64,000 nucleotides of DNA from an uncultured Candidatus Saccharibacteria bacterium (lineage in GTDB: Bacteria; Patescibacteriota; Doudnabacteria; UBA920): assembly GCA_964436545.1 (NCBI GenBank), contig CAYTCJ010000004.1:59368-123367 (forward strand). Direction: 5' to 3'. This document shows, one piece after another, positions 20,563-29,635 of the stretch. The position numbers were made by a program, and so were the translations under genes. The notes below the pieces were generated by a model. It saw only the letters and a program-made list of their open reading frames with translations. It was not told the origin of the DNA and searched no databases. Within the stretch, counting starts at the first letter, position 1, and every line of letters starts with the position of its first letter.

Positions 20563-21969
20563 TTACGTGCCGGCTTTTCTCTTTAAGTGAATTTTAACAG
20601 GCGTACCGTAAAAATCCAAGTCGCGGATAATTGAGTTTTCCAAATAGTGTTTAAATTGGGAGGAAATGGCTGGTGGAAAATTGACCAAAAGTTCAAAAGT
20701 CGGGGGGTTAATTTCAATTTGACTTAAATTATAAACTTTAGGGGCTTTTTGGTCCCACATTCTTTTGGGCGGTTGGGCTTTTAATTTTTTGGTTAAGAAA
20801 GCGGTTAGCTCGGTCGGGGAAATTTGTTTGTGTCGGCGAGTATAAATCGGCTGAATCGCTGTAAGGGCTTCCGACAAACCTTCGCCGGTTTTAGCAGAGA
20901 CAAAAAATACCGGGCACATCCACAAAAACGGAAAATGGTGGCTAATGTAATCTTGCAAAGATTGGTAAGTATTGTCGCTCTGACCTTTTTTTAAAGTTTT
21001 GCGAGTGATTTTGGGTTTGGCTTCAGCTAAGTATTGGTCCACTTTATTGACTAAAATTATGCAACCTTTTTGCATACTTAAAATTTCTTGCGCAATTTTT
21101 TGGTCTTGGACGGTAATGGGTTCAAGAGCGTCTAAGACTAATAAGCACACATCACTTTTGCGAATGGATTTAAAAGTTTGGTAACCGCTAAAAATATCCG
21201 GCTGGCTCTGTTTGTGGTCTTTTTTCTTCAGCCCGGCTGTGTCTATGAACGTGTAGGCTTGTTGGTTAAGAGTGAGGTGTTCATCTATGGAAGTTCGGGT
21301 AGTGCCCGGAATATTGGAAACCACGACTCGGGGAGCGTTGAGGATTTTATTGAACAAAGAAGATTTGCCCACATTGGGTTTGCCCACTATGGCGACTTTA
21401 ATGCCTTCGGGGAGGGTGGTGGGTTCCGAGGAGGGTGGGGGTAAAAGATTAACCGCGGTTTCCAATAAATCGCCCACGCCCACGCCGGTGAGGGCGGAAA
21501 TGGGGCATACGGGTTTTATGCCAAGGCGGGAAAATTCACTGGCTTGTACAATGCGTTTTTGGTTAGAGTCCAGTTTATTGACCGCCAAAATTTTGGGCAA
21601 AGGATTTTTTCGAAATTTAATTAAGACTTGTCTGTCTATGGCGCTTAAGGGGGCTTTGCCATCTACTACAAAAATTAGCACATCTGCTGTGCGTAAAGCG
21701 GTTTCAATTTGGGTTTGGATATTTTTTTCCAGTTCCGCTGAGTCAGCGTTGCGAGCCGAGGTGGGATGGTTAAACATTAAACCGGCGGTATCGGCCAAAA
21801 TAAATTCTCTTCCGGCAAAAGCGGTTTTGACATATTGTCGATCTCGGGTAGTACCGGCAATGTCGCTGGTAACGGCTAAAGCTCCGCCAATGATTTTATT
21901 CATCAAAGTGGATTTACCGGCGTTGGGTGGTCCAACGAGGGCAATAATGGGTAAGTGAGAGGTTGTCAT
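20563..21969 (-). CDS. der: Ribosome-associated GTPase Der (EngA)
   Basis: Two tandem GTPase domains (GPPNAGKST ... DTAG; GKPNVGKSS ... DTAG) plus a KH-like C-terminus. Confidence 0.9.
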   Translation of the reverse strand: MTTSHLPIIALVGPPNAGKSTLMNKIIGGALAVTSDIAGTTRDRQYVKTAFAGREFILADTAGLMFNHPTSARNADSAELEKNIQTQIETALRTADVLIFVVDGKAPLSAIDRQVLIKFRKNPLPKILAVNKLDSNQKRIVQASEFSRLGIKPVCPISALTGVGVGDLLETAVNLLPPPSSEPTTLPEGIKVAIVGKPNVGKSSLFNKILNAPRVVVSNIPGTTRTSIDEHLTLNQQAYTFIDTAGLKKKDHKQSQPDIFSGYQTFKSIRKSDVCLLVLDALEPITVQDQKIAQEILSMQKGCIILVNKVDQYLAEAKPKITRKTLKKGQSDNTYQSLQDYISHHFPFLWMCPVFFVSAKTGEGLSEALTAIQPIYTRRHKQISPTELTAFLTKKLKAQPPKRMWDQKAPKVYNLSQIEINPPTFELLVNFPPAISSQFKHYLENSIIRDLDFYGTPVKIHLKRKAGT

Positions 21970-21995
21970 ATAAGTAAGATTCGGAAATAATTAGT

Positions 21996-23501
21996 TTAAT
22001 TACCTAGCACAATAATCAGATCAACTTTGTCCGCATCGAGCTTAACTCCCGGAGGAGGCAAGCTTACCTCTTTGGCCTGAAAAGTGTTTTTAATAAATTC
22101 CAAAGAGGCGGGCTTGGGGTTGACGGTAAATACAATGGTTTGCGAGAGAAAGTCCGGAGTATAATTTAGTTTCCAGACTGTAAAATTATTGGCTAATAAT
22201 TTTTGTTCCGCCTGTTGATATTTTTTTGCATCAGTGGTGGAATTGGCGAGCCAAACTCGACTACGTTCGGCATTAAGTTTACCGTATAAAAAAGTATTTT
22301 TGAAATAGTCTCTTAAATCATCTAAGGTTTTACCCGGACAGGGGATTAAAATGTAAGCTCCGGTTTCGGCTTGAATTTCGGGGCAGACTAAGCCGGTTTC
22401 CAAACCTAAGTTTAAAGATAAAAATTGTTGAATGTTTTGGTTTTTAACCAATTCGTATAAACGGTAAATCTCGCCGGGGTTTAAGTTAGTATGAAAGTGG
22501 TCGGATAAGATGCCTAATAAATTATTGAGTTTATTGGGACTGGCTAACAGGTTTTTGCTGAACACTTTACTCTTAAACGCCATAATAACTTTTTGTTGTC
22601 GGAGACTGCGAGCAAAATCACTGCCTTCGTTATTATTACCATGGCGGGAGCGGGCAAAAATCAGGGCCCTTTGGCCGTCCATATGCTCGGGACCTTGAGT
22701 AAAAGTTTGGGTGGGCAAAAAGCCTAATTTTTCATCGGGAAATTGGGCGTCGGAAAAACTGTTTTCTATGTTCACCGTAATGCCACCCACTTCATTAATG
22801 GCTTTTTCAAAGCCGGCAAAATCGATTACCGCAAAATAAGGAATAGTTAAACCCGAAAGTCTTTCTACGGCTTGTCTGGCCCATTTACCGGCGGTATCGT
22901 AACTTTTGGTTCTTGCCATACCTTCGGCAAATACGCTGTTAATTTTTCTATCGCCTAAGTTATTTGGGAGGGTGGTAAGCCAATCCCTAGGAATGGAGAC
23001 AAAAGCAACTTCGGAAGTTTGGGGTTTAATTTGTGCGAGGAGCATACTGTCGGTTAAGTAAGGACCTTCGTGGCCACTCCCGCCAATCCCTAAGAGTAAA
23101 ACATTAATTTGCCCTTTATTTTCACCTTGGAGTTTTAAATTGCCGGTTGCTCCTCTTAAGGCTTCCCAGACTTTGCCAAACACTGTGGTGGTTTGACCGG
23201 TAAAAATTTTAGCCGAGAGGGTATTGGCGCGATGGAATACCCAAACAGCCATTAAACCGCAAAGCACAAAAATTAAGAGCCACCAAAATTTTTTACCGGT
23301 GGGCACTTTGGGATTTAAGGCTAATAAATCTATAGTTTGGGGAGATGGTGAGGGCGTTGGAGTTTTAGCGGTTAACGGGACTCCCGGAGTAATTGAGGGA
23401 GGGGAAGGTAGCGAAGTTTTTGGGGGTTTAACTATAGGTGGCACAGCTGAAGTTTTGGACAAAATGGGTTTTTGTGATGCGGAGTCTAAAGATTTTTTCA
23501 T
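21996..23501 (-). CDS. LCP-family (LytR-CpsA-Psr) cell-envelope protein
   Basis: Pro/Thr-rich N-terminus, TM helix, and the LCP core (LLLGIGGSGHEGPYLTDSMLL ... VSIPRD). Confidence 0.75.
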   Translation of the reverse strand: MKKSLDSASQKPILSKTSAVPPIVKPPKTSLPSPPSITPGVPLTAKTPTPSPSPQTIDLLALNPKVPTGKKFWWLLIFVLCGLMAVWVFHRANTLSAKIFTGQTTTVFGKVWEALRGATGNLKLQGENKGQINVLLLGIGGSGHEGPYLTDSMLLAQIKPQTSEVAFVSIPRDWLTTLPNNLGDRKINSVFAEGMARTKSYDTAGKWARQAVERLSGLTIPYFAVIDFAGFEKAINEVGGITVNIENSFSDAQFPDEKLGFLPTQTFTQGPEHMDGQRALIFARSRHGNNNEGSDFARSLRQQKVIMAFKSKVFSKNLLASPNKLNNLLGILSDHFHTNLNPGEIYRLYELVKNQNIQQFLSLNLGLETGLVCPEIQAETGAYILIPCPGKTLDDLRDYFKNTFLYGKLNAERSRVWLANSTTDAKKYQQAEQKLLANNFTVWKLNYTPDFLSQTIVFTVNPKPASLEFIKNTFQAKEVSLPPPGVKLDADKVDLIIVLGN

Positions 23502-23744
23502 AACTTTACTATTATATCTAATATCATTAAAATAAGCTATACGGTATGACTTGCTTTATGAGGTTTAGAATGGTATTATTTTGACACACTGCAAAGATTT
23601 TAAAGTATAAAAATTGGATAAATTAGGGTGAGGCGAGACGTAAAATTAATATCAACTGGTTATCTGCCTCTACCAGTCGGTAGACAGGTGCCGGCAGGCA
23701 GGGAGCGTTGCATTTTCACCCCGTTAAATTATTTGGTCGTATAG

Positions 23745-23943
23745 CTCAGTCTTGCCCTGTTAGATTTTTTGGACAATTAGCTCAGCTGGTTAGAGCGTTG
23801 CATTCACATTGCAAAGGTCACTGGTTCGAATCCAGTATTGTCCACCAAATCTAACAGGGTGAAGTTACCTGCCTGCCGGCAGGCAGGGAGCGCGCCGTTC
23901 ACATCGGCGAGGCCTCTAGTTCGAGTCCAGATACGACCACCAT
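23745..23943 (+). pseudogene. Split tRNA-Val-like gene (outer copy) interrupted in the D-loop by an about 125-bp insert that contains tRNA-Val(CAC)
   Basis: The 5' part GGTCGTATAGCTCAGTC (23745-23761) and the 3' part GGGAGCGCGCCGTTCACATCGGCGAGGCCTCTAGTTCGAGTCCAGATACGACCACCA together give a complete cloverleaf with anticodon CAC. The insert is bounded by the inverted repeats CCCTGTTAGATT / AATCTAACAGGG. The whole unit is flanked by CCCCGTTAAATT / AATTTAACGGGG. Confidence 0.4.
23771..23847 (+). tRNA. tRNA-Val (anticodon CAC)
   Basis: GGACAATTAGCTCAGCTGGTTAGAGCGTTGCATTCACATTGCAAAGGTCACTGGTTCGAATCCAGTATTGTCCACCA. Canonical cloverleaf with CCA encoded. Confidence 0.8.
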
Positions 23944-24156
23944 AATCACGACTAAATTTAACGGGGCAAGCATTGCAAAGGTACTGGCTTGCCCTGTTAA
24001 ATTCGCAAAGCGAATATTTAACAGGGTAAAAATCCAGTATTTTCTATCATTCTAAAAGTTTATCTACCTACCGTTTTTTTTGCTCTTGACCGAATTGGAA
24101 AAATCATTACAATTACACTACTGCTCACTCAATTAGAAAACTATTAAAAAAGTTTT

Positions 24157-24747
24157 ATGGAAACCCAAAATCTGCAAAATCAAAATGACAATTCGAGTTC
24201 AGTTAAAAGTTTTGTTTGGGATTTGGTAAAAATTATTACCATTTCTTTGGCGATTATTATTCCGTTTCGATTAATTATTGCCGAGCCGTTTGTGGTGAGC
24301 GGTTCTTCCATGTTGCCCAATTTCCACGACCGGGATTATTTAATTGTGAATCGGTTAACCTATCGCGAACACTTACCCAAGCGGGGAGATGTAATTGTAA
24401 TGAAGTATCCTAAAGATAACCGACAGTATTTTATTAAACGCATTATTGGGCTACCGGGCGAATCGGTAAGTTTGGTTAACGGTAAAGTTAAAATCAGTAA
24501 TGCCAACAATCCGGCGGGCTTTGTGCTGGAAGAAAGTTATTTACCCGCTGAGACACCGACTTTGGGTAAGCCCGGGCCCACCACTTTGGGCAGTGAAGAA
24601 TATTTTGTGTTGGGTGACAACCGCACCGCTTCCTCAGATTCGCGCGTGTGGGGAATTTTGCCTAAAAGTGATATTGTCGGTAAGGCTTGGCTCAGAGTGT
24701 TTCCTTTTAAAACTTTTGGGTTTATTCCTTCTGCCAGTTATTGGTAA
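24157..24747 (+). CDS. lepB: Signal peptidase I
   Basis: SGSSMLP (catalytic Ser), IKRIIGLPGE, and GDNRTASSDSR (catalytic Lys region). Confidence 0.9.
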   Translation: METQNLQNQNDNSSSVKSFVWDLVKIITISLAIIIPFRLIIAEPFVVSGSSMLPNFHDRDYLIVNRLTYREHLPKRGDVIVMKYPKDNRQYFIKRIIGLPGESVSLVNGKVKISNANNPAGFVLEESYLPAETPTLGKPGPTTLGSEEYFVLGDNRTASSDSRVWGILPKSDIVGKAWLRVFPFKTFGFIPSASYW

Positions 24748-24819
24748 GAGTTATATTTGCTCAGTAGCTGATGATACTTTTTACTTTATCAACTTTCAAA
24801 CTTTATAACTGTTTACAAT

Positions 24820-26118
24820 ATGGGTCGACCGAAAAAAAATCCTACAATTTCTGCTGTGCCTCAAGCAAAAAAATTGAATGCTTTGCCCGGGTGTTTTGAT
24901 GTCCACACAGGTTTAGATATGGCTTGGAATGTTTTACTTAAAAACTTTTTAAAAACTTGTCGGATGTATGGGTTTGCCAAGGCCGAGGCCCCACTGTTAG
25001 AAGATGCTAGGCTGTATAGTTTATTTTATGAACAAGAAACTCCGCCGGCTCGGTTATTAACCTGGCCCATGGGCAATTTAACCACGGCTTTTCGGCCCAC
25101 CCAACTGCCGGGATTAATTCGGAGCTTTGTGGAAAAAAAATTATACGATCAACCGGGTTTGCAAAAGTGGTACTATACCGGACCGGTGGTGGAACAAACC
25201 GCCCAGCATCAATTAGTGAGCGATTACGAATTCGGTGCCGAAATTTTAGGCCAATTTAATCATTTAAACGAAGCGCAGGTAATTGCACTCGCTTGGACCT
25301 TTTTTAATTCTCTAGGGTTAGAGGAAGTGAGTTTGGAAGTGAATAATTTAGGCAGTGTGGAAAGTAAAAAATTATATACCGAAACGCTTACCGAGGCGAT
25401 CTTGCCCAAAAAATACGATTTATGCGATGACTGTGAAGGCTGGTTGGAGCTTAACCCCCTCCAGATGTTTCGCTGTTCCAATTTAGATTGCCAAACTATT
25501 TTAGCCGATAGCGGACCCAGCGTTTTAGATTTCTTAGATGAAACCGCTAACCAAAATTTTACTTTGGTTCTGGAATCTTTAGAAGAGATGAATATTCCTT
25601 ACCAACTTAACCCTTTTTATACCGGTAAGCCCGGGGCGACTAAAAGTATTTTTGTGTTTAAGTTTAAAAGTAAAGAACAAACTTTAATTTTAGCCGAAGG
25701 TGGACATAGGCAAAGTTTTGCGGAAAAATTATCGGGTAAGCCCATTGGCGCGTTTGGTTTTAACGGGAGTTTTGTGGAGCTTAAAAATAAGTTGGCTGAA
25801 CTGACGCCTTTGGAAGCCGGTCGCATAAATAGTGAAGTGTGTTTGGTGCCTCTGGGAGACTTGGCCGCTAAACGCAGTTTGCGTTTGTTTAAAGATTTAA
25901 CCGAACAGAAAATTACGGTTTATGACCATTTTGGTCAAAGCGGGGTGAAAAACCAATTAAAAGTGGCCCAGACTCACGAAGTGCCGATTGCTTTAATTAT
26001 GGGACAGAAAGAAGCCATTGATGAAATGGTAATTTTAAGGGATGTAAAGTCCGGTATGCAAGAAATTATTTCTTATGATAAGATTATTGATGAAGTCAAG
26101 AAACGATTGGGGCGTTAA
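24820..26118 (+). CDS. Histidyl-tRNA synthetase-like class-II aaRS paralogue (motif 2 degenerate)
   Basis: HisRS-like core (WYYTGPV ... in place of YYxGPxFRYERPQ, with catalytic Arg/Glu absent) and a class-II anticodon-binding domain (LVPLGD ... IALIMGQKE). Could be a divergent HisS or a HisZ-like regulator. Confidence 0.5.
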   Translation: MGRPKKNPTISAVPQAKKLNALPGCFDVHTGLDMAWNVLLKNFLKTCRMYGFAKAEAPLLEDARLYSLFYEQETPPARLLTWPMGNLTTAFRPTQLPGLIRSFVEKKLYDQPGLQKWYYTGPVVEQTAQHQLVSDYEFGAEILGQFNHLNEAQVIALAWTFFNSLGLEEVSLEVNNLGSVESKKLYTETLTEAILPKKYDLCDDCEGWLELNPLQMFRCSNLDCQTILADSGPSVLDFLDETANQNFTLVLESLEEMNIPYQLNPFYTGKPGATKSIFVFKFKSKEQTLILAEGGHRQSFAEKLSGKPIGAFGFNGSFVELKNKLAELTPLEAGRINSEVCLVPLGDLAAKRSLRLFKDLTEQKITVYDHFGQSGVKNQLKVAQTHEVPIALIMGQKEAIDEMVILRDVKSGMQEIISYDKIIDEVKKRLGR

Positions 26119-26265
26119 AAGTTGTAAGTAGTAAGTTGTAGGTTGTAGGTAACTTACTACTTATTTACTTACAACTTACAACTAATTTTATGGACCCCGT
26201 TAGAAGTTTAAACAATTATTAAAGCAACTTGATTAACTTAAAATAAATTATTACAATTTTTACTT

Positions 26266-26619
26266 ATGATTACTTCTAACGGGGTGGACGATTGTGTATT
26301 TTGTAACATTATTAATAAAACCATTGAGGCTACCGTAGAAATGGAAGACGCTGAGGTGCTGGTAATTCGGGATATTTTGCCCAAAGCGCCGGTGCACTTG
26401 TTAATTTTGCCCAAAATTCATTTGGTCTCGGTTAATGAATTAACTCAGGAACACAGCGCTTTGGTGGCCAAGTTGGTTTTGACAGCTAAAGCCATGGCGG
26501 AAAAGTTTGGCATAAACCAGACGGGTTATAAGTTAATTTTTAACGTGGGGAGAGACGGCGGTATGGTAATTCCCCATTTGCATTTACATTTGTTGGGTGG
26601 TAAAAATTTGGGGGAATAG
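26266..26619 (+). CDS. HIT-family (histidine triad) hydrolase
   Basis: HLHLHLL histidine-triad motif. Confidence 0.88.
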   Translation: MITSNGVDDCVFCNIINKTIEATVEMEDAEVLVIRDILPKAPVHLLILPKIHLVSVNELTQEHSALVAKLVLTAKAMAEKFGINQTGYKLIFNVGRDGGMVIPHLHLHLLGGKNLGE

Positions 26620-26766
26620 TCCCGTTAGAAGTAAGATACCAGAAGTATCTGCAGTTGTGCCTAAGGCACAACTGACTTCTAACGGGATTTTGTTTGACTA
26701 AAAATGTTAAATTCAGTATACTTAGCTAAGTATTAAATCTAAAATTGAAAGGATAGGTGAATTTAA

Positions 26767-27006
26767 GTGGTTGAAGTAAAAAAGAAAGACGGAGAAAGTT
26801 TTGACTCTTTGTTCCGCAGATTTTCCAGAAAAATCCAACAAAGTGGCGTGCTTATTCGTGCCCGCCGAACCCGTTTTTATACTCGGGAAAAAAGTCGCAA
26901 TTTGCAAAAAGTGGCTGCCAGAAGAAGAGCTAAAAATCGAGAAGAGCGAGAAGAGCTGAAAAAATTAGGCAAGCCAATGCCAGTAAGAAAATATGGACGA
27001 AGATAA
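26767..27006 (+). CDS. rpsU: 30S ribosomal protein S21
   Basis: GTG start. FRRFSRK ... GVLIRARRTRFYTREKSR and a basic tail. Confidence 0.82.
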   Translation: MVEVKKKDGESFDSLFRRFSRKIQQSGVLIRARRTRFYTREKSRNLQKVAARRRAKNREEREELKKLGKPMPVRKYGRR

Positions 27007-27108
27007 ACTAAATGGCAAAAATTAAAAAATGACAAAATTGACAAAAATAACCGCAGTTTAATTTTTTGTTCACTTCCGTCGTTTTTGTCATTTTTATTTA
27101 CTTACAAA

Positions 27109-27546
27109 ATGAATTTACAAGAAATAGAAACTCAATTAAAAGATGCCATGAAAGCCAAAGACACGGTAGCCGTGGGAGTTTTACGTGGGTTAAAAACTCG
27201 GGTGCAAAACGAGCAAATCGCCAAACAAAAAACTTTGGAAGCCGAAGAAATTTTTGCCCTGATTCGCAGTGAAATTAAAAAGCGCAAAGAAGCTTCCGAG
27301 AGTTACACCACCGGGGGCAGGTTGGATTTGGCGGAAAAAGAAAGTCAAGAAGCGGAAATGCTAACCAAGTTTTTACCCGCTCAAATGCCCGAAGCCGAAG
27401 TTTTAACTCACATTGAGCAAGTGTTGGCTGGGCAGAGTTTTACTGCCAGCGATTTTGGGAAAGCGATGGGTGCGGTAAAAGCCAAGCTCGGCAATAATGT
27501 AGATAACGCTTTGGTTGCCAAATTATTGAAACAGAAACTAAAATAA
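27109..27546 (+). CDS. GatB/YqeY-domain protein
   Basis: YqeY-like helical protein (LKDAMKAKD ... LRGLKT ... ). Start taken at MNLQ; the tracked ORF starts 24 nt earlier at 27085, inside an upstream TGTCA motif. Confidence 0.75.
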   Translation: MNLQEIETQLKDAMKAKDTVAVGVLRGLKTRVQNEQIAKQKTLEAEEIFALIRSEIKKRKEASESYTTGGRLDLAEKESQEAEMLTKFLPAQMPEAEVLTHIEQVLAGQSFTASDFGKAMGAVKAKLGNNVDNALVAKLLKQKLK

Positions 27547-27643
27547 TCTCGATCCGAATGCTCCAAATTAAATCCGAATGAACCTAATGTTCTTGAAGCA
27601 TAATTCGGATAATTCGGATGTATTCGTTGATTAGGATCGCCTT

Positions 27644-28900
27644 ATGAGTAAAGAACAATACATCACCGGCTTAGATATAGGCACGTCGGCCATTCGGGCG
27701 GTGCAAGGGCGCATTAATCCGGAAGACGGAGTTTTAAATGTGATTGGCGTTTCGGAAAGTGAAAGTTTTGGAATTCGTAAAGGTGTCCTAGTGGACATTG
27801 AAGAAGCTGTTTCCGGGATTTCCAGTGTGCTGGAGAAAGTGGAGCGCATGACCGGTGTGCCCATTGCGAGCGCTTATGTTTCCGTTTCCGGCAGTCATAT
27901 TTCTACTTTGCAAAGTCACGGAGTAATTGCCGTGTCTCGGGCCGATGGGGAAATTAGCGAAGCCGATGTAGTGAGGTGTGTAGATGCCAGCCAAGCGATT
28001 TCGGTTCCGCAAAACCGAGAAATTTTACACGTGTTTCCGAAAAGCTTCACCCTAGACGGCCAAACAGGCATTCGGGATCCGCTCGGAATGAGCGGGGTGC
28101 GTTTGGAAGTGGATACTTTAATTGTGCAGGCAGGCTTGCCGTTTATTCGGAATTTAAGTCGCACTGTGGTGCAGGCCGGTTTGGAAATTAACGATTTAGT
28201 CTTAGCGCCTTTGGCTACTGCCGAATGCGTATTAACCAAACGACAAAAAGATTTAGGCGTAGCAGTGGTGGATTTGGGTGGTGGCACTACCAGTGTGGCG
28301 GTGTTTGAAGAAGGGGATTTGCTCCACGCTTCGGTGTTGCCCATTGGACAACAACATTTAACTAACGATTTAGCCATTGGCCTAAGAAGCAGTATTGAAA
28401 CAGCGGAAAAAGTTAAACTGCTCTATGGTCATACCGACCCTAAGGTGGTAAATAAATTAGAGGAAATTGATTTGTCCAAAATTGACGAGCAGGAAAAGGA
28501 AAGTGTGGAAAGGGGCTATGTGGCGGAAATTATGGAAGCTAGACTGGAAGAAATTTTGGCCATGGTGGCTAAGGAACTTAAAAATATTGGCCGAGATGGC
28601 AAACTGCCTTCCGGCATAGTGCTTACCGGCGGAGGCGCCAAACTGCCGGGCATTGTGGAATTGGCTAAAAAACATTTGCGTTTGCCGTGTATTTTAGGCA
28701 AACCGCAAAATATTACTACGGTGATAGATAAAATTGACGATCCCAGTTTTGCGACTGTGGTGGGGTTATTGCTGTGGGGACAAAAATTTGGACAAGCGAG
28801 CAGTTTTAGCTCAGGCACCATGTTGGCTTCGGTCAAAAGCGCTTTTTCCCGCCCGGGCGCGGAAAAGGTAAAAAAGTGGTTGAGATCATTTCTTCCTTAA
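27644..28900 (+). CDS. ftsA: Cell-division protein FtsA
   Basis: Actin-fold ATPase motifs (GLDIGTSAIRAV; VVDLGGGTTSVAVF; GIVLTGGGAKL). Confidence 0.9.
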   Translation: MSKEQYITGLDIGTSAIRAVQGRINPEDGVLNVIGVSESESFGIRKGVLVDIEEAVSGISSVLEKVERMTGVPIASAYVSVSGSHISTLQSHGVIAVSRADGEISEADVVRCVDASQAISVPQNREILHVFPKSFTLDGQTGIRDPLGMSGVRLEVDTLIVQAGLPFIRNLSRTVVQAGLEINDLVLAPLATAECVLTKRQKDLGVAVVDLGGGTTSVAVFEEGDLLHASVLPIGQQHLTNDLAIGLRSSIETAEKVKLLYGHTDPKVVNKLEEIDLSKIDEQEKESVERGYVAEIMEARLEEILAMVAKELKNIGRDGKLPSGIVLTGGGAKLPGIVELAKKHLRLPCILGKPQNITTVIDKIDDPSFATVVGLLLWGQKFGQASSFSSGTMLASVKSAFSRPGAEKVKKWLRSFLP

Positions 28901-29142
28901 TATAGACGAAACCCTAGATCTGTCCTTTGAAGTCCACGAGAGATGGACGAAGGAGGAAGCCTTGGCGAAGTAGGGCTCAAGTCCTTTCTGCCCTAGATGA
29001 AATCTTGCGTATGATTCGGTTTTTTAGTAATTTTTTTTGTAAGGTAAAGGATTATATGGATAGTTTTTAATATAATATCCGGCTTTAATAAGCCGGATAT
29101 TATATTTTTAAACTTATTTAAGATGAAAAATAAGCCAAAACC

Positions 29143-29171
29143 TTGACATAAAGTAAAAAATGTTATATAAT
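29143..29171 (+). promoter_or_regulatory. Consensus sigma-70 promoter (TTGACA-17-TATAAT) with no downstream ORF
   Basis: cTTGACAtaaagtaaaaaatgttaTATAATg. The next about 290 nt are non-coding with several hairpins before the repeat/GC-island region. Confidence 0.4.
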
Positions 29172-29466
29172 GCGAAGTTATATTATTATTCCTAACTTTC
29201 CAGTTTGGGAAGATCATATAACACAGCTCTTTAAATTATCCCTTAAGGAGGGATTAGACCCTAGTTAAATAGTGCCAATTTGGTTTGGAAATTTAACAGG
29301 GTAGAGTGTTACTTTTTAACCGCGGATTTGTGGCTGAGTTTAAAGTCAGTTGCAAATTAATTGCGGATGGTTTGGGTCTGCCAAGTGGCAGAAGTTGATG
29401 GCGAACGAATGCATAAAGGGCATTTGTCCCATGCGATAGAGATTTCATTTTATTTCACAGATGTTA

Positions 29467-29505
29467 GCGATGCGAATATACGAATGCATGCTAATGATAC
29501 GAATG
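29467..29505. repeat. 39-bp direct repeat, copy 1 of 4, bounding the GC-rich cassettes
   Basis: GCGATGCGAATATACGAATGCATGCTAATGATACGAATG. Other copies at 31079-31117, 31200-31238 and 34444-34480. Confidence 0.75.
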
Positions 29506-29635
29506 AATACGGATAGGGGAATCATAACTCCCCCTACCCCCTCTTTGGAAAAGAGGGGGGAAGAGAGGAATAAAAATGGAATAGCTATTGCATGGGGCAA
29601 ACAGACAAGCCCCCAATGCAGAAAGGAGCACAAAA

